The notes under the pieces were generated by a model. That model did no database searches and was not told where the DNA came from. It saw only the letters and a list, made by a program, of their open reading frames with translations. Of a stretch of DNA of 64,000 bases, positions 41,762-62,822 are shown in pieces. The stretch covers positions 124,001-188,000 of the forward strand of contig JBBPEB010000021.1 in assembly GCA_039096225.1 (NCBI GenBank), read 5' to 3'. Within the stretch, counting starts at the first letter, position 1. Each line of letters starts with the position of its first letter. The position numbers and the translations under genes were made by a program. The DNA comes from Blastocystis sp. Blastoise (lineage: Eukaryota; Protista; Bigyra: Opalinata).

Positions 41762-42994
41762 ATGAAATTTGGAACTTGTGTGTCTCTCTTAGTTTTATTA
41801 TTAGTCAACGTTGCTTTCGCTGAGAAATGGGCTGTTCTCGTTTGTGGTTCTGAAGGTTATTGGAACTATAGACATCAAGCTGATAATGCTCATGCTTACC
41901 GTATACTTATTAATAATGGTTACAAGCCAGAAAACATCATCGTCTTCTCTATAAATGATGCTCCTAGCTATAAATATAATCCTATTCCCAATACTTTATA
42001 TAATAAACCAGGAAATAGTTCTATTGATTACTATGAGAACTATGTCGTCGATTACGAAGGTGAAGCTTGTAACGTAGATAATTATATTAAAGTTTTAACT
42101 GGTGATGAATCTGCTGGAGGTAAAGTCTTAAAGACTACTGAAGAAGATACTGTTTTCCTTACTTTCTTTGATCATGGTGATGATGATATTATTTGTTTCC
42201 CTAAAGAAGATCTTCATAGTACTGATTTATTATTTGCTTTCAGAACTATGAAAGAAAAAAAGATGTATAAGAGAATTGTTTATTATATGGAAGCTTGTTT
42301 TTCTGGTTCTATGTTTAAGAGTCTTGAATCTGACCTTAATGTTTATGCTTTAACTGCTGCTAATGATAATGAATCTTCTTGGGGTTGGTATTGTGGAAAT
42401 GATGCTGTTGTTAATGGTATTCCTATGAAAACTTGTCTTGGTGATGAATTCTCTATTCGTTGGATGGAAAATGTTGATGAAGGTGATCTTAATCAAACTT
42501 TTAAGCAACATGCTGAAACTATTCAAACACTTGTTGTTAAATCTCATGTATCTCGTTATGGTGATTTCTCATTTGAAAATCTTCCTATTTCTGAAGTATT
42601 TACAGGTGATCTTGCTACTGTCAAGAATCGTAAAGTTATTCATAATGAAATTGTTGAAAGTGCTTCTGAACAAAGTCATTTATCTAAACTTCATTTCTTT
42701 GAAGGACTTCTTCAAACAAATTCAGATAATAAAGAAATTCAAGAAGAATATAAGAAAGAACTTGAAACTATTGGTAAAGTTGATACTTATTTCGATCTTC
42801 TTATTAAGAAATTCAAACGAATGGGAGTTATGCCTTTAGACAGTATTCGTGGACCTGTAAAGAACGTAGAATGCTATAAGAAAACTACTCAATATGTTAA
42901 TAAATATTTAGGTAGAAGTGATTATTTATTAAAATATTATCATACTTTACATACTATTTGTGATCAATATAGTGATGCTTATTTATATATGTAA
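41762..42994 (+). CDS. Legumain / asparaginyl endopeptidase (peptidase C13) with signal peptide, intronless
   Basis: Signal peptide MKFGTCVSLLVLLLVNVAFA, WAVLVCGSEGYWNYRHQAD, catalytic DHG and EACFSGSMF, TCLGDEFSIRWME. Confidence 0.96.
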   Translation: MKFGTCVSLLVLLLVNVAFAEKWAVLVCGSEGYWNYRHQADNAHAYRILINNGYKPENIIVFSINDAPSYKYNPIPNTLYNKPGNSSIDYYENYVVDYEGEACNVDNYIKVLTGDESAGGKVLKTTEEDTVFLTFFDHGDDDIICFPKEDLHSTDLLFAFRTMKEKKMYKRIVYYMEACFSGSMFKSLESDLNVYALTAANDNESSWGWYCGNDAVVNGIPMKTCLGDEFSIRWMENVDEGDLNQTFKQHAETIQTLVVKSHVSRYGDFSFENLPISEVFTGDLATVKNRKVIHNEIVESASEQSHLSKLHFFEGLLQTNSDNKEIQEEYKKELETIGKVDTYFDLLIKKFKRMGVMPLDSIRGPVKNVECYKKTTQYVNKYLGRSDYLLKYYHTLHTICDQYSDAYLYM

Positions 42995-43360
42995 ATTATT
43001 ATTAAAACAAATTGAAATTCTATATTTATTTACTTTTTTGAAATCGTTTTGCTGCTTAATAGATAGTGTTTTGTTTATATATTTGTTTCTTTATTTAATA
43101 ATATTTGTTTCTTTATTTAATAGGTCATTCTATGAACATTATTTATAGTTCATGACCTATTGTAGTATCAATATCAAAAATAAATTAAACAATTGATTTT
43201 TTTTATTTAAAAACAAAATATTGTTATAAATTGTTGTTTTTTAATTATATCAAAAACTCTAATGTATGTCAACCATAATTCTCTTCATTAAAAATAATTT
43301 TTTTAGATCAACTATTATTTGTTTATTAATTAGTTTATTTTGAATTCTAACAATTACTAA

Positions 43361-47849
<4,489 letters not shown>

Positions 47850-48846
47850 AATTAATATATGTATATCAATAGTAATCTTACTATGGAAACCAAATTATAT
47901 ATATATCAACCAATTCAATTACTATTCTCTATTCTATATAAAATAAATATAAATAAACGTATTTATTCAGAAAAATAGCTACTATTTAATTCTATTAATG
48001 TTTTATATATGTTTAAATAAGAAATCACCTAATATATTTCAGTTGATGTGTTATTATAATTCTTATTCGTTCTCATTATTTAATATGTATATTTATTAAT
48101 AAATTTTTTATAAAAAGTAAAAAACATTTTAATAAACAAAATAGGAACTATCGTATCATCATCTACTATTATGGTTTTATTTTAAAATAATTCAAAGAAT
48201 AGTGTCATTCAATATAACGAATATTAGTTGAATAAACCAAGATACATTTTTCATTATCCCACTTTTATCATTATTTTATTAAATGAAACCAGTCTGATTC
48301 ATTATTATATTATTTTATTTATTCACGACTACCATGAGCATATAAAACATAAGATATATCAATATAAATGCTACCAATGGCTATATTCTCAAAAATAATG
48401 AAGATATTTCTATTTTTACTTTCAAAGTGATATCTATATAATATTTTATTTGCTTTCAAATGTAACATGATTCAAAACAAATACCAAAAAAGAATTTAAT
48501 CTGGAAATACTATTTTAGTTATCATTTCTATTCATGTACATCTACATACATCATCAATACCTATATAAAGCAGTAAAACATAGCTTTAAAATCCTGTTGA
48601 CAAACACATAATGCAAGAAAATATATATATATTTCTAAATGACAAAAAATGAAATAAAGCTTGTGTAAATTGAAATAAACATGGAAATATATAAAAACAT
48701 TTTTAGATTTTGTGTCAAAAAATAATAACAGAGCATTCTATTGGATAAATTAGATTTTGACCTAAGAATAGTATAATTATCATTTCTATTCTAAGTGTCT
48801 ATAGATTAGAGATATAGTTGAATATTATATCAAATAGATATCCTGG

Positions 48847-49689
48847 ATGGCGCAAGTAATTTCTGGAATTCCAACTCAAGAAGATATAGATAAAGAAAAT
48901 GCACTCATTTGTCAATTGAATGAGGAACTAGAACAAACAGAATATGAGGAATCTGTAAAAGATCTGGGTGTTGTCTACGACGTATGTACTTCATTAGAAG
49001 GATTATTACATTACCCTGAAGTTCTTGAACATCTATCTGTTTTCATGTGGAAAGAACGTTGTGATGAAAATCTCCATTTTTGGAACGATGTAGAGCGATA
49101 TAAAAAGATTCATATTCAGAATGAAACTACAAAACCAGAACAAGTACTGCTTTTTCTATTCTTTTTAATTCATATAATATAGTCTATGTTTTTATTGAAT
49201 GGTTTATAGTTTATTCTTTTAAATTAATGTTTTATTATAATGTTTTTTATTCAAATCAGTGTTTTTTTAAATGATATTTTTTTATTTTTTGTATTTTTAT
49301 AGGTTTGGAATATAGCAGATAGAATTATAGATATGTATTTAAATCCTGTAAGTTTTTCCATCCTATAATAATATCAAATTTCATTGTTTTTTTTTTTATT
49401 TATTTTTATATATTTTTATTATTCTCTTATTTAGGGTACTTCTCGATTTGAATTATATATACCTAATAAAATGATCAAAGAATTTCATGATATGTATTCT
49501 AGTATACATAATAAAGAAGATTATATAAACACATCTCCATCTATTGATATTTTTGATAAATTACAAAATTATATATTCAATTTAATTCAAAGAGTATTTA
49601 TATGTTTATTTATGTTTTATTATTATTATATTTATTTATGTTTTTATTTTATGTTTTTATTTTATTTATATATTTATTTATTTATATAT

Positions 49690-49780
<91 letters not shown>

Positions 49781-49980
49781 TATTTATTTATTTATTTATT
49801 CAATATATTTTTTTATTATCATCTTTTTAATAATATTATATATAGACATCATATCAAAAGTTTATTCGTCAAGATGGTTGTAGTAGAAGATTAGGATTAA
49901 CAGCATATATAACTATATTCTTTGTCCTCTATTCTATATAACTTCTATATATAGGCTCAACATATTTCTCGTATTTCTGA
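48847..49980 (+). CDS. Stand-alone RGS (regulator of G-protein signalling) domain protein
   Basis: SLEGLLHYPEVLEHLSVFMWKERCDENLHFWNDVERYKK, ADRIIDMYL, FELYI, IFDKLQNYIFNLIQRTSYQKF. The last exon assignment is less certain. Confidence 0.82.
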
Positions 49981-50290
49981 ACAACATTAAATAAATTCAC
50001 TTTTTCTCTTTTATATATTTATATATTCTTATTTGTTTATTATGAACGATGTTTCTTATCCATTAAATGAAATGTGTATAATAGTCTTTTCAAATGTCTT
50101 TAATACATAGTTTTGTTTGACTTGTATATCAACAAATTTATTTTTTTTTTTTGAAAAAGAAGAAGAAAAACAGCAACTCCAACCTTATTCTTACTAAAAG
50201 TACTTTTTATAAACATATATATATATAACTTGGATATTAATATAAAGCTAATATGATAATAAATGAAATGAAAACTTGAATTAAACTGAA

Positions 50291-50588
50291 TTATTTACTT
50301 TTTCTTTCTTTTTCTCGTAGTTTAGATTCATTTATCAAGCCTACTGCCCAGAATATCAATTCAAAACATACTCCGAAAACCACTAGAGCTGATGGAATAA
50401 AATATGCAATGGAAAGAGAGGGGAAGAAATTATAGAAAGAACTTGTTTTCGGCATTACAGGTCCAACAAAAACCCATACACCATAATAAACCTCTAATAA
50501 AACACATCCTAATAATATAAAAATACCTATTGTACGATCTTGAATCTAAAAAAATATATTCCTAAAATATTACATAGATATATACCAT
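50291..50588 (-). CDS. DPM2: Dolichol-phosphate-mannose synthase regulatory subunit DPM2 (~85 aa, two TM helices)
   Basis: ATG-only first coding exon (50588-50586), intron 50585-50546, then IQDRTIGIFILLGCVLLEVYYGVWVFVGP...FFPSLSIAYFIPSAL...KERKSK*. This matches the DPM2 pattern D..vG...YY..Wv...P...F.p...A..IP. Confidence 0.85.
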
Positions 50589-50793
50589 GGTTAACAGAAA
50601 ACAAAAAATGAAAATTATTATTTTGGAAAAATTTTTATATTTTAAAATTTTATGAGTTCATTTTGATTTTTTTTTAGGTTTAAAATTATTACGTGATAAA
50701 ATACTATATACAAATATATATATAACAACAAAACAAAAACTATAGCATATATACAAAAAATGATGATTATAATATAAAATTAATAACAATTAT

Positions 50794-52465
50794 TTATTGT
50801 TCTCTTTGAATTTCTTTAAGTGCATTACGAATAAAGAGTGGTTGTTCAGGATTCATGTTTTCAACAACTTCTTTGAGAGCATCTTTATCAATTTTAAGTT
50901 TTAATGATGGATTTCCATTGTTGAGTTGTGTTGGTTGTTGAGGTCCTAAAGTAGGTTTTGATGTTGATTCATCTTTTGTTTTAGGTTGAACTCCATACAT
51001 AGATACATCAATACAAGGTTCATAATCATATTGTTGTTCATTCTTCTTTTTTTTCGAGAGTAATGGATCTTCAATAACAGTATATGTTGATGAAGATTCT
51101 CTTTTTGTTAAAGGAATACTAGTAATCTTTCGTTTATTTGCTTTAGTTCTACGTTCATAATCATCACCTGTCATAATTGTGCCTTCTTTTATTCCATCAC
51201 CAAATATACGTTCTTCTTCTTCTTTTGACATGGTTGGAATTAATGTTGCCATTGGCTTCTTTATATGCTTTTCTTTATTATTATTAGTTGAATTATTATT
51301 AGTTGAATTATTATTAGTTGAATTATTATGAACTATAGATATAGAAGAAGAAGAAGAAGAGGAAGGAATTAATTTATTGAATGAAGTTGAAAATTTCATC
51401 ATCTTTATAGCAGGTTTAGAAGAATTATTATTATTTGAATTATTATTTTTATTTTCATTATCATTTTCATTATTATTATTATTATTTTCATTATTATTAT
51501 CATTATTATTATTATTATCTTTTTTATTATCTTCATTATTATTATCATTATTATTATTATTATCTTTCTTATTATCTTCATTATTATTATCATTCTTATG
51601 TATTCCAAAAGACATTTTTTGTTGTTTAAATGGAATAACAGGTTTAAATACATTTTGAATAGTATTTATATTATTATGTATAATTAAAGCATCTTTAGAA
51701 GAAGAAGCCATCGAATGTTCTTTGAAGAATTGTGTTACTCGTTGATATAACGGCATATATAGAGTAGTAGTTCTTTTTGATAATGTTAATAAATAAGAAT
51801 ATATTTCATTTTTACTCTTATTATATTCTTCTTCTAATAACTATATAAATAGAGGAATAGATTAGTATATATATTAATTTAAATGATATAATAATAAACA
51901 AATAATAATAATAAACAAATAATAATAATAATATAATAATAAATATTTATACTTCTAATTTAATATTTTTAGATTTCATTCCATTTTCATTCATATATTG
52001 ATCTAAAGAATCAGTAGATTGTTCTCTATATATATAATATGAATATTAATATATATATAATATGAATATTAATATATATATACACTTGAACTGTTTTTCT
52101 AAGATCAATAATTTGGATATAAAGCGATTCTTCGAATTTCAAAAGACCCATAATCTTGTCCTGAATATCATTTTCAGACAAGTCTGAGCCTGACTGATTC
52201 TTTCTAAATATATATATATATATATATATAGAATATGTATCTATAGGATATATACTATACTATAGAATAGTATATATATACTGTTTATTAGTAATAGTTC
52301 GATCATAATAATCATCTTCTTTTTCCATTTTCGCGTAAACACGTTCGCGGGCACGTTCATTTTTAGCGGCACGCTTCTCTATACTATATATAATATATAT
52401 ATATATATATATAAATACATCTATAATATATATAGTATATAAATAGATATATAAATACATATTTA

Positions 52466-52500
<35 letters not shown>

Positions 52501-52889
52501 ATCATAAAGACTGTTTTCCATACGTGTGATTTGTGTTTCTAAACTATCCAATTGATTGGTTAACATATCTAACTTCATAGATAATTCTATATATATATAT
52601 ACATAGCATATTATATTAATTAACAATATAGAGTATATTATAATTAATTAACAATATAGTATGTTATAATTAATTATATACTGTCATTTAAATTTGGTTT
52701 ATTTTCAAGTGATTCGACTTCAATTTTCAGTTTATCTCTTTTATTTCGTTGTTGAACTAATTTATTATATTGATCTTTTTCAGCATCAGTCAGTCCCTCG
52801 GTATTCATTGTATTACTATATATACCTTCTAAATCATCAGTCTATATATATATATATAAATAAATAGATAATAAATAGAATAATAAATA

Positions 52890-52927
<38 letters not shown>

Positions 52928-53978
52928 TATATATACAGCATCTTCATCAAATCCCCAAGTAACTTCGTGTAATTCGTCGATTAATTTCATTTCTTCAATC
53001 GCTTTATCTTTACGATGAATATAAGTAGATTTCGAATTACTCTTTACAGGCTATACAATATCATATGATTATTCATAATAAAAGAGTATTTTATAATAAT
53101 AATAAACATTATAATAATAATAATAAATATAATAATAATAATATATATAATAATAAACATAATAATAATAAATATAATAATATAAACATATTAATAAACA
53201 TTATAATAATAATAATAATAATAATATAAACATAATAATAAACATAATAATAATAATAATTTACTTCTTTTAAAACAGTTGAAGAATGTTCTTGTTTCAT
53301 ATTTTCCGTTTTATTCACGGGAATTGGTTCATCCAAAATAGTTTCTTTATTAGGATCGTAACCATTAAATAAATAAATACGATTACTGCCTCCAAATTGA
53401 ATAAGATCTCCATCATGAAGCTCAATATATTCCTATTATAATATATATATATATATAATAATAATAAATATATAATAAGAAATATATAATAAAAAATAAT
53501 AAATAAATACACTAGTTTTAATTTGTTGTTTGTTGATAAAAGTGCCGTGAGTAGATTGATCATCCATGATGAAGGCTTTATCTATATAAATACAAATATA
53601 ATAAATACAAAAATTGATATTTAACATACTATCTTGACCCATTTGTAAAATCGCATGAATTCGAGAAAGAGAAGGATGCTCTGGAACAATATCGCAAAGA
53701 TCTGAATTTCTACCTATATTTAAAAATAAGAATAAACGACATACTATAAAAAAAATACCAATGATATAAAAAGGTTGTTTGGAAATATCGATAGTTTCTA
53801 AGGCAACACCATTTTTACTAACTTCAAGTGATATAGGATGAGGAGACACTTTAGACCAGAGTGGAGGCTTATAACCACACTGTTTAGCTCGAGTCATCAA
53901 CGGTATTTTCTAATATAAATAGACTGTGTGATATTAATCATCTTAATATACTTGTGTAACAGGTTGTGGAGGTTCCAT
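50794..53978 (-). CDS. SLC4A1AP: Kanadaptin (SLC4A1AP)-like FHA-domain protein with Asn-rich C-terminus
   Basis: YKPPLWS, LEVSKNG, FHA motifs GR...HPSLSRIHA...STHGTFIN...GDLIQFGGSNR, then TWGFDEDA, EDDYYDRT and DSLDQYM. Confidence 0.8.
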
Positions 53979-54424
53979 TAGATCAATTATCAGTTATTTT
54001 GAACAAATAAAAATCTTTATAGAAATATTTAAATTTTCTGTTGAAAGGATATGAGAAACCGTGTTTATTTTTCGTTTATATTTAAACAATGAATATCTCT
54101 GTAGTTATTCGTTATTTACCATATATTTATTGCAATTTATAATACAATGAATAATTGAAATGAAATAATGTTTAATAAAAGAAAAATACGTGATGATGGA
54201 CATTGATTATTTTAAATAAAATTAGTATTCAGTTTTTTCAATGATGTAAATAAGATCAACTATAGTAGAAGATTATAAGCATATAAATAAATATCTATAA
54301 AATGGATATTTACCCATAATACTTAAAACAATTGCTTTTAAATCTAAACAAAATGATTTCTTTATAAATACATACTTAACAACACCTAACGAACAAGAAG
54401 AAATGCATATAATATCATTATTTT

Positions 54425-55933
54425 TTATGCTTTATCAGAATCTTTTAAAGTTTGAATTAATAATTTTGAAATATCAAGTACCTATAAAAAATATATATTA
54501 TATTACAAAATAAAATATTGAAAATAGGATATCCGATTATTATATAAACTATATAAAATATAGAAATACTTTAGTTGCTGCAATTTGTGCACAATTAATA
54601 AGATCTTGTTGTCCCATGGGAATACCTCCTAATTTATGAATACCACATAATTCACCAAATGCATTTAATATGAATGAAATAGATCCTTTTTGTACTTGTT
54701 CTTCACGCTCATTTGGATCTAATATAAATAAATCATTCTATATATATGTGATTATAGAATAAATAGAATATTATGAATAGATATATAAAAAAGAATATAA
54801 GTAGATATATTCAAAAGAATATAGGTAGATATATTTAAAAGAATATAATGAATAGAATAAAAAAAAATTATAATAAATATATTATAATAAATATATTATA
54901 ATAAATAAATTATAATAAATAAATTATAATAATATATTATGATAATATATTATAATAAATAACCTATAATAATATGCATAACAATATACATAACAATAAT
55001 TATATATATATATATAAATACATCAAAGATACCAAATGTGATACAAATAGGTTGATGATGAATAGATAAAGGAATGGGATCTCTGTCATCGGTACTATAT
55101 ATAGTAACAACACCTGCTTCTACTGAGTAGTCAGGTCGACGATAATGAGATAAACAAGCAGTGGTTGCTAATACACAAGCATCCGTGAGATTCCCGCGGT
55201 TATCGAGAACGGTTATTGAACAATTTAAACTAAATACCTATAGATATACATATATAAATTATTGCATATTCATCAGTTATATATTTAATAGTATAAACAA
55301 GGAAATGATATTTATATATATACATATATAATTCTTCACAAATATATATATATATCAGTATAACAATAGTAAAGCAATGCAATATAATAATATATAATAT
55401 AATATAATAATATATAATAATATATAATATAATAATATATAATAGAATAATATCAAAAACATACTTTTTCTCCTGGAATAATACATAACGCTTCGATATC
55501 AACAGCATCACTCTCTCGTATACTTCGTTCTAATACTTTTACTAATTCAGACTGAATTTCTGTGGATTCATTTTCCTATATAAATGATTAATATAAACAA
55601 TAGCATATAAATATATGATTTTTATTTTTAAAAACTATAATGAAATAGAAATAAACATACAGAAAACTCTCTACCTGCCATTGGAGAGAACTTCACATTG
55701 AATTGAATGAGACCTTCATTAGAACGATCTCCAAAAGGTGCAGTAACATCTGCTACAATAATACATACTACTTTTGTTTCACCGAATTCTACTTCGACAG
55801 AAGACTGTGTTCCATTTCTATGTAAGGTGATATGAACTGGTCTTATCTCTAATTTGCTTCTACCATCAGTACGAATATTCTCTTTCAAACCAGTAAGAAT
55901 AAAATTCTTCTCTACAAGACTCAGTGGATCCAT
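54425..55933 (-). CDS. RRP45: Exosome complex RNase PH-like subunit RRP45/EXOSC9
   Basis: Motifs EKNFIL...RTDGR, PFGDRSNEG, FSPMA, AVDIEALCIIPGEKV, DNRGNLTDA, HYRRPD, LSIHHQPICITF, DPNEREE and HKLGG. Confidence 0.95.
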
Positions 55934-56230
55934 TATTTATGAAAAATGACAGTGTTTAATAGAATACTAGAGAAATATACTTTAATAAAAGTAAAGAAAA
56001 ATAAAATCGTGAAAAAAAATCAGAAATGGCGGAAAAAATTTGTTCTTGACTCGACGGTATATTTAAGAATTGGGAAAATTACAAATTAAACTGGAAATGA
56101 ATTAAAAAAACATAAAGAATTATTAGAATTGAATAATAGTTCAAATCAAGCTAATTTCAATTTCAATATTGTTTTCATTTGTATAATTATTCTTAGTATG
56201 TGATAAAAAATTGTATATAGGAAAATTGAT

Positions 56231-59070
<2,840 letters not shown>

Positions 59071-59511
59071 TAAATATATAATGAAATAAAGAATTGTTTA
59101 TTCTAAATATTTCTCTTTGGTATACTACATTTTCGCATTTCTTTTCTATTTAATGAAATATTAATTGCATTTATCAATTTTATATCATCTCCATAAATGA
59201 CAGAACTCTTAAAAAACATAAAATAATACAGGTTTGTGGACACTTTGCTGATTGTCCACAATAGATTATAAAAACAATTAGTTTCTCTTAATCTGAATAT
59301 GCTATCGATATCAATTTAATTATATATTTATAGTTTTAGCTACTAAAACCAATAAACAAATAAAAAAGACATAATGACTATTAATCTTGGGAATCAGATA
59401 AAAAACAGTATAAATTTCAAAAAGATCTATTTAAAAACAGCATTTCTTTTGAATTTCTAAGAATCTATAATTACTGAGTACTTTTTTTGTGTGTATATAA
59501 CCCAATAGAAT

Positions 59512-60415
59512 ATGAAAGTATTATCAATTGCTATATTACGTGTTGATGCTAATGTTGAAAATCCTCTTGTTTTATGTCAAGAGACTGAATTATCCAGTTT
59601 TGGTTACTTCCAGAGATCTACTGTTGGTCAAATGTTGACTTTTATCAGTCGTACTTTAATTAAAAGAACAAATAAGACTGAACGACAAAGTGTTGCTCAT
59701 GATGGTATGTATATAAATATTTATATATGTATATGAAACGGATATATTTCTTAAAATGATGAGACTATTTATATAAATTGTTTTTTTAATAATTAGAATA
59801 CATGTGTCATTGTTATTTAAGAGCTGATGGTCTTGGTGCTGTTATTGTTACTGATAAGGAATATCCTTCTCGTGTAGCTTTTGGATTAGAAACTAGATTA
59901 TTAGATGATTTTGATTCTAAATTTGTTGGTCGTTGGAAGAATGCTAAGAATGATAATGAACTTGTTTTACCTTCTTTATCTACTACTATTAAAGATTATC
60001 AAGTATGTATATTTGTTTATTTATTTATTTGTTATAAATAATTATGTATTTATTAATATGATTGTATATTTTTAATATATATTATATAAAGTTATATTCT
60101 AGAGAATAAGAATACTATTAATAATGTTATATATATATATATAGGATCCAGCGAAATGTGATAAAGTTACTCAAATTAATACTCAAATTGAAGAAACAAA
60201 AAATGTCCTTGTATTTATATATATATATATATATATATAATAATAATATTATATAGATATATTTTTATTTTAATTATTTATAATAATAATAATAATAATA
60301 ATAATATATATATATAGAATAAGACTATAGAGAATGTACTTGAACGTGGTGTTGTTTTAGATGATTTAGTTGCTAAATCAGACGATCTTACTGCTCGTAT
60401 ATATATATAATATTA

Positions 60416-60453
<38 letters not shown>

Positions 60454-60467
60454 GTAAATATATAATA

Positions 60468-60524
<57 letters not shown>

Positions 60525-60599
60525 TTTCATATATATATAGAATCAAAGATGTTTTATAAAGAAGCTAAGAAGACAAATAGTTGTTGTTCTATCTTTTAA
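59512..60599 (+). CDS. YKT6: Longin R-SNARE Ykt6
   Basis: Motifs LSSFGYFQRS, DKEYPSRVAF, YQDP, TIENVLERG, LDDLVAKS and SKMFYKEAKKTNSCCSIF* (CCaaX lipidation motif). Confidence 0.96.
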
Positions 60600-61537
60600 T
60601 ATATATATATATATATAATTTATATTAATGATTTTCAATATATATATCTTTTATTTTTCAAAAACAAAAATTAGAATTTTTTATAAAACCTAATTTTTAT
60701 ATATATTTTCTTTTTTAAAAGGTTTACTAGGTAAAATAATTAGTGATTTATTTATTCACTATTCTATATATGCATATATATATTTAGTTTAGTTGTTTAC
60801 TATGATTATACAATAGATATCATTCTTTCAAAAAAACAACATGACTGAATTTATATATATATAAGAAAGTATTATGATATATACATAAAATATCATAAAA
60901 GATAGGAAGAAAGAAAATAAATAAATACTTTTTTATTTATGTAAATAAAAACTAGATAGATAGATCAATAAAAATTAAAATAGATAGAAATATGAATATG
61001 AATATACGATGATAAATAAAAAGACAATAAAAATTTATAAAAAAAAAATTAAAGAAACAAAAAAAAAAACTTTATAATGGGATGAATAGATACCAACGAA
61101 ATAAATTATTCAATACTGAAACTAATATATGTATATACACAGGAATAAAAATATGTCTAAAAAATTAAAATACGATTTAAAAAAAATTAAAAAAACGATT
61201 TAAAAAAATTTAAAAAAACAATTTAAGAAGATAAAAAATGATAAAAATTAAAAACTAATTATATAGAATAATGTTTAAAAAAAAAATAAAAAAAAATATA
61301 AAAAATAATGAAGATTTGTAAATATAAATTAGAAATAATTGTTTTATAGAAATTCAAATAGAATAAGAAATGATATATATAAAATAATAAAATAATACAT
61401 AATTATATTGATAATAGTAGTATAATCAATAATGAAATTATATATATATATATAAATATAGTTAAAAAAACAATTATATATATATTTGAAGGTGAAATAA
61501 AAAAGGGTAACAATAAAATATTGTTGTAAAATAAATA

Positions 61538-61575
<38 letters not shown>

Positions 61576-61644
61576 TCACAAAAATATATCTTGATGATAA
61601 TGAAAACAAATATATAATGATAAATATATTTATACAATAATTAG

Positions 61645-61730
61645 AAAGCATTATAATAAAAACAAAGCATTATAATAAAAACAAAGCATTATAATAAAAA
61701 CAAAGCATTATAATAAAAACAAAGCATTAT
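61645..61730. repeat. 19-bp tandem repeat (about 4.5 copies), intergenic
   Basis: AAAGCATTATAATAAAAAC x4 plus a partial copy. Confidence 0.9.
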
Positions 61731-62204
61731 TTATTCTTATATATATAATATATAAAATAGCTATTATAATAAAGAATACGATAGAAACTATAGAATCTAT
61801 ACATGTATAAAAATGAATATGTAGATATATGATATATCGTAATAGATAGTATATAGAATAGATACTAATCACTATAGTCTCTAGTTTACATATAGAAATA
61901 ACTTGAATAAAATATATTATAACATAAAAAAACTAAAATTACTTTGAAAAGAATGTTAAAAAGAAAAAAATTAAATATATATATATATATATTTATATTA
62001 AAAAAATAAAAAATAAAAAATAAAAAAAAATAATAATGCTACACTACATAATAGAATGTGATCTATAAAGAATATGAATATAATTGAATAAAAAAAAAAT
62101 AAACTATTTGAAAGACAGTAAAGAAATAATAAAGGTATAAAAAGAGTTTGTCATAACTCATGAAATTATAGAGCATAATAATAATTTGAAATAAGAAATA
62201 CGGT

Positions 62205-62822
62205 TTAAAGTAATGCAAAGCTATTATCCTATAAAAAAAGTAAAAATTGTAAATAATTTAAACTCGTTCAGGATAAATGCATGAACTAATATTTTCCACA
62301 AATGCAGGAGATGAAGCGAAAAAATGATCTTGAAAAACATAACTTGATACTGCCTTCAAAATCACAAATGAAACATATTTTGAAACTTGATCTCTTTCAT
62401 AATACATATACTATATATATAATTATTTAAAAATACTAAATAATACATAATTATTGTTATAAACATAAAAACAAATCAACTATGAGAAAAAATGAGAAAA
62501 AAATGGCTGAAAATATCTGAAATTTAAATACTAGTTTTCTTTTATTTAACAAAATGACAATTGAATTACTTAAACATTCAGGATCAAAATAAGTATAAGA
62601 GTTCTCTAGAAAGACAATATGATAATAAGAATGTTTCATGTAGAGCATAACGTGATTTTCATCGGAAACGTCTACGGAGCAAACATAGTGTTCCAAAGAG
62701 AGTTGCTTCTGAATATCAGAGACGATGTTAGGAACATCCTTTAACATCTTGGATATGACCAAAATATTTAAATTCTTAGCACACTGAATAGGGAGTGAAA
62801 ACTCGTTAAAGTAAATTGACAT
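62205..62822 (-). CDS. Small hypothetical protein, possibly a degenerate response-regulator receiver (pseudo-REC) domain
   Basis: LNILVISK...QLSLEHYVCSVDVSDENHVMLYMKHSYYHIVFLENSY follows the REC beta1-alpha1-beta2-alpha2-beta3 pattern. A second in-frame exon lies at about 62410-62264; the 3' end is uncertain. Confidence 0.45.

Noticed and set aside
56026-56049. Upstream ATG (MAEKICS*) as the SNAPC3 start
   Set aside because: It closes after 7 codons and I could not splice it in frame; at most a uORF or promoter word in the RRP45/SNAPC3 divergent region.
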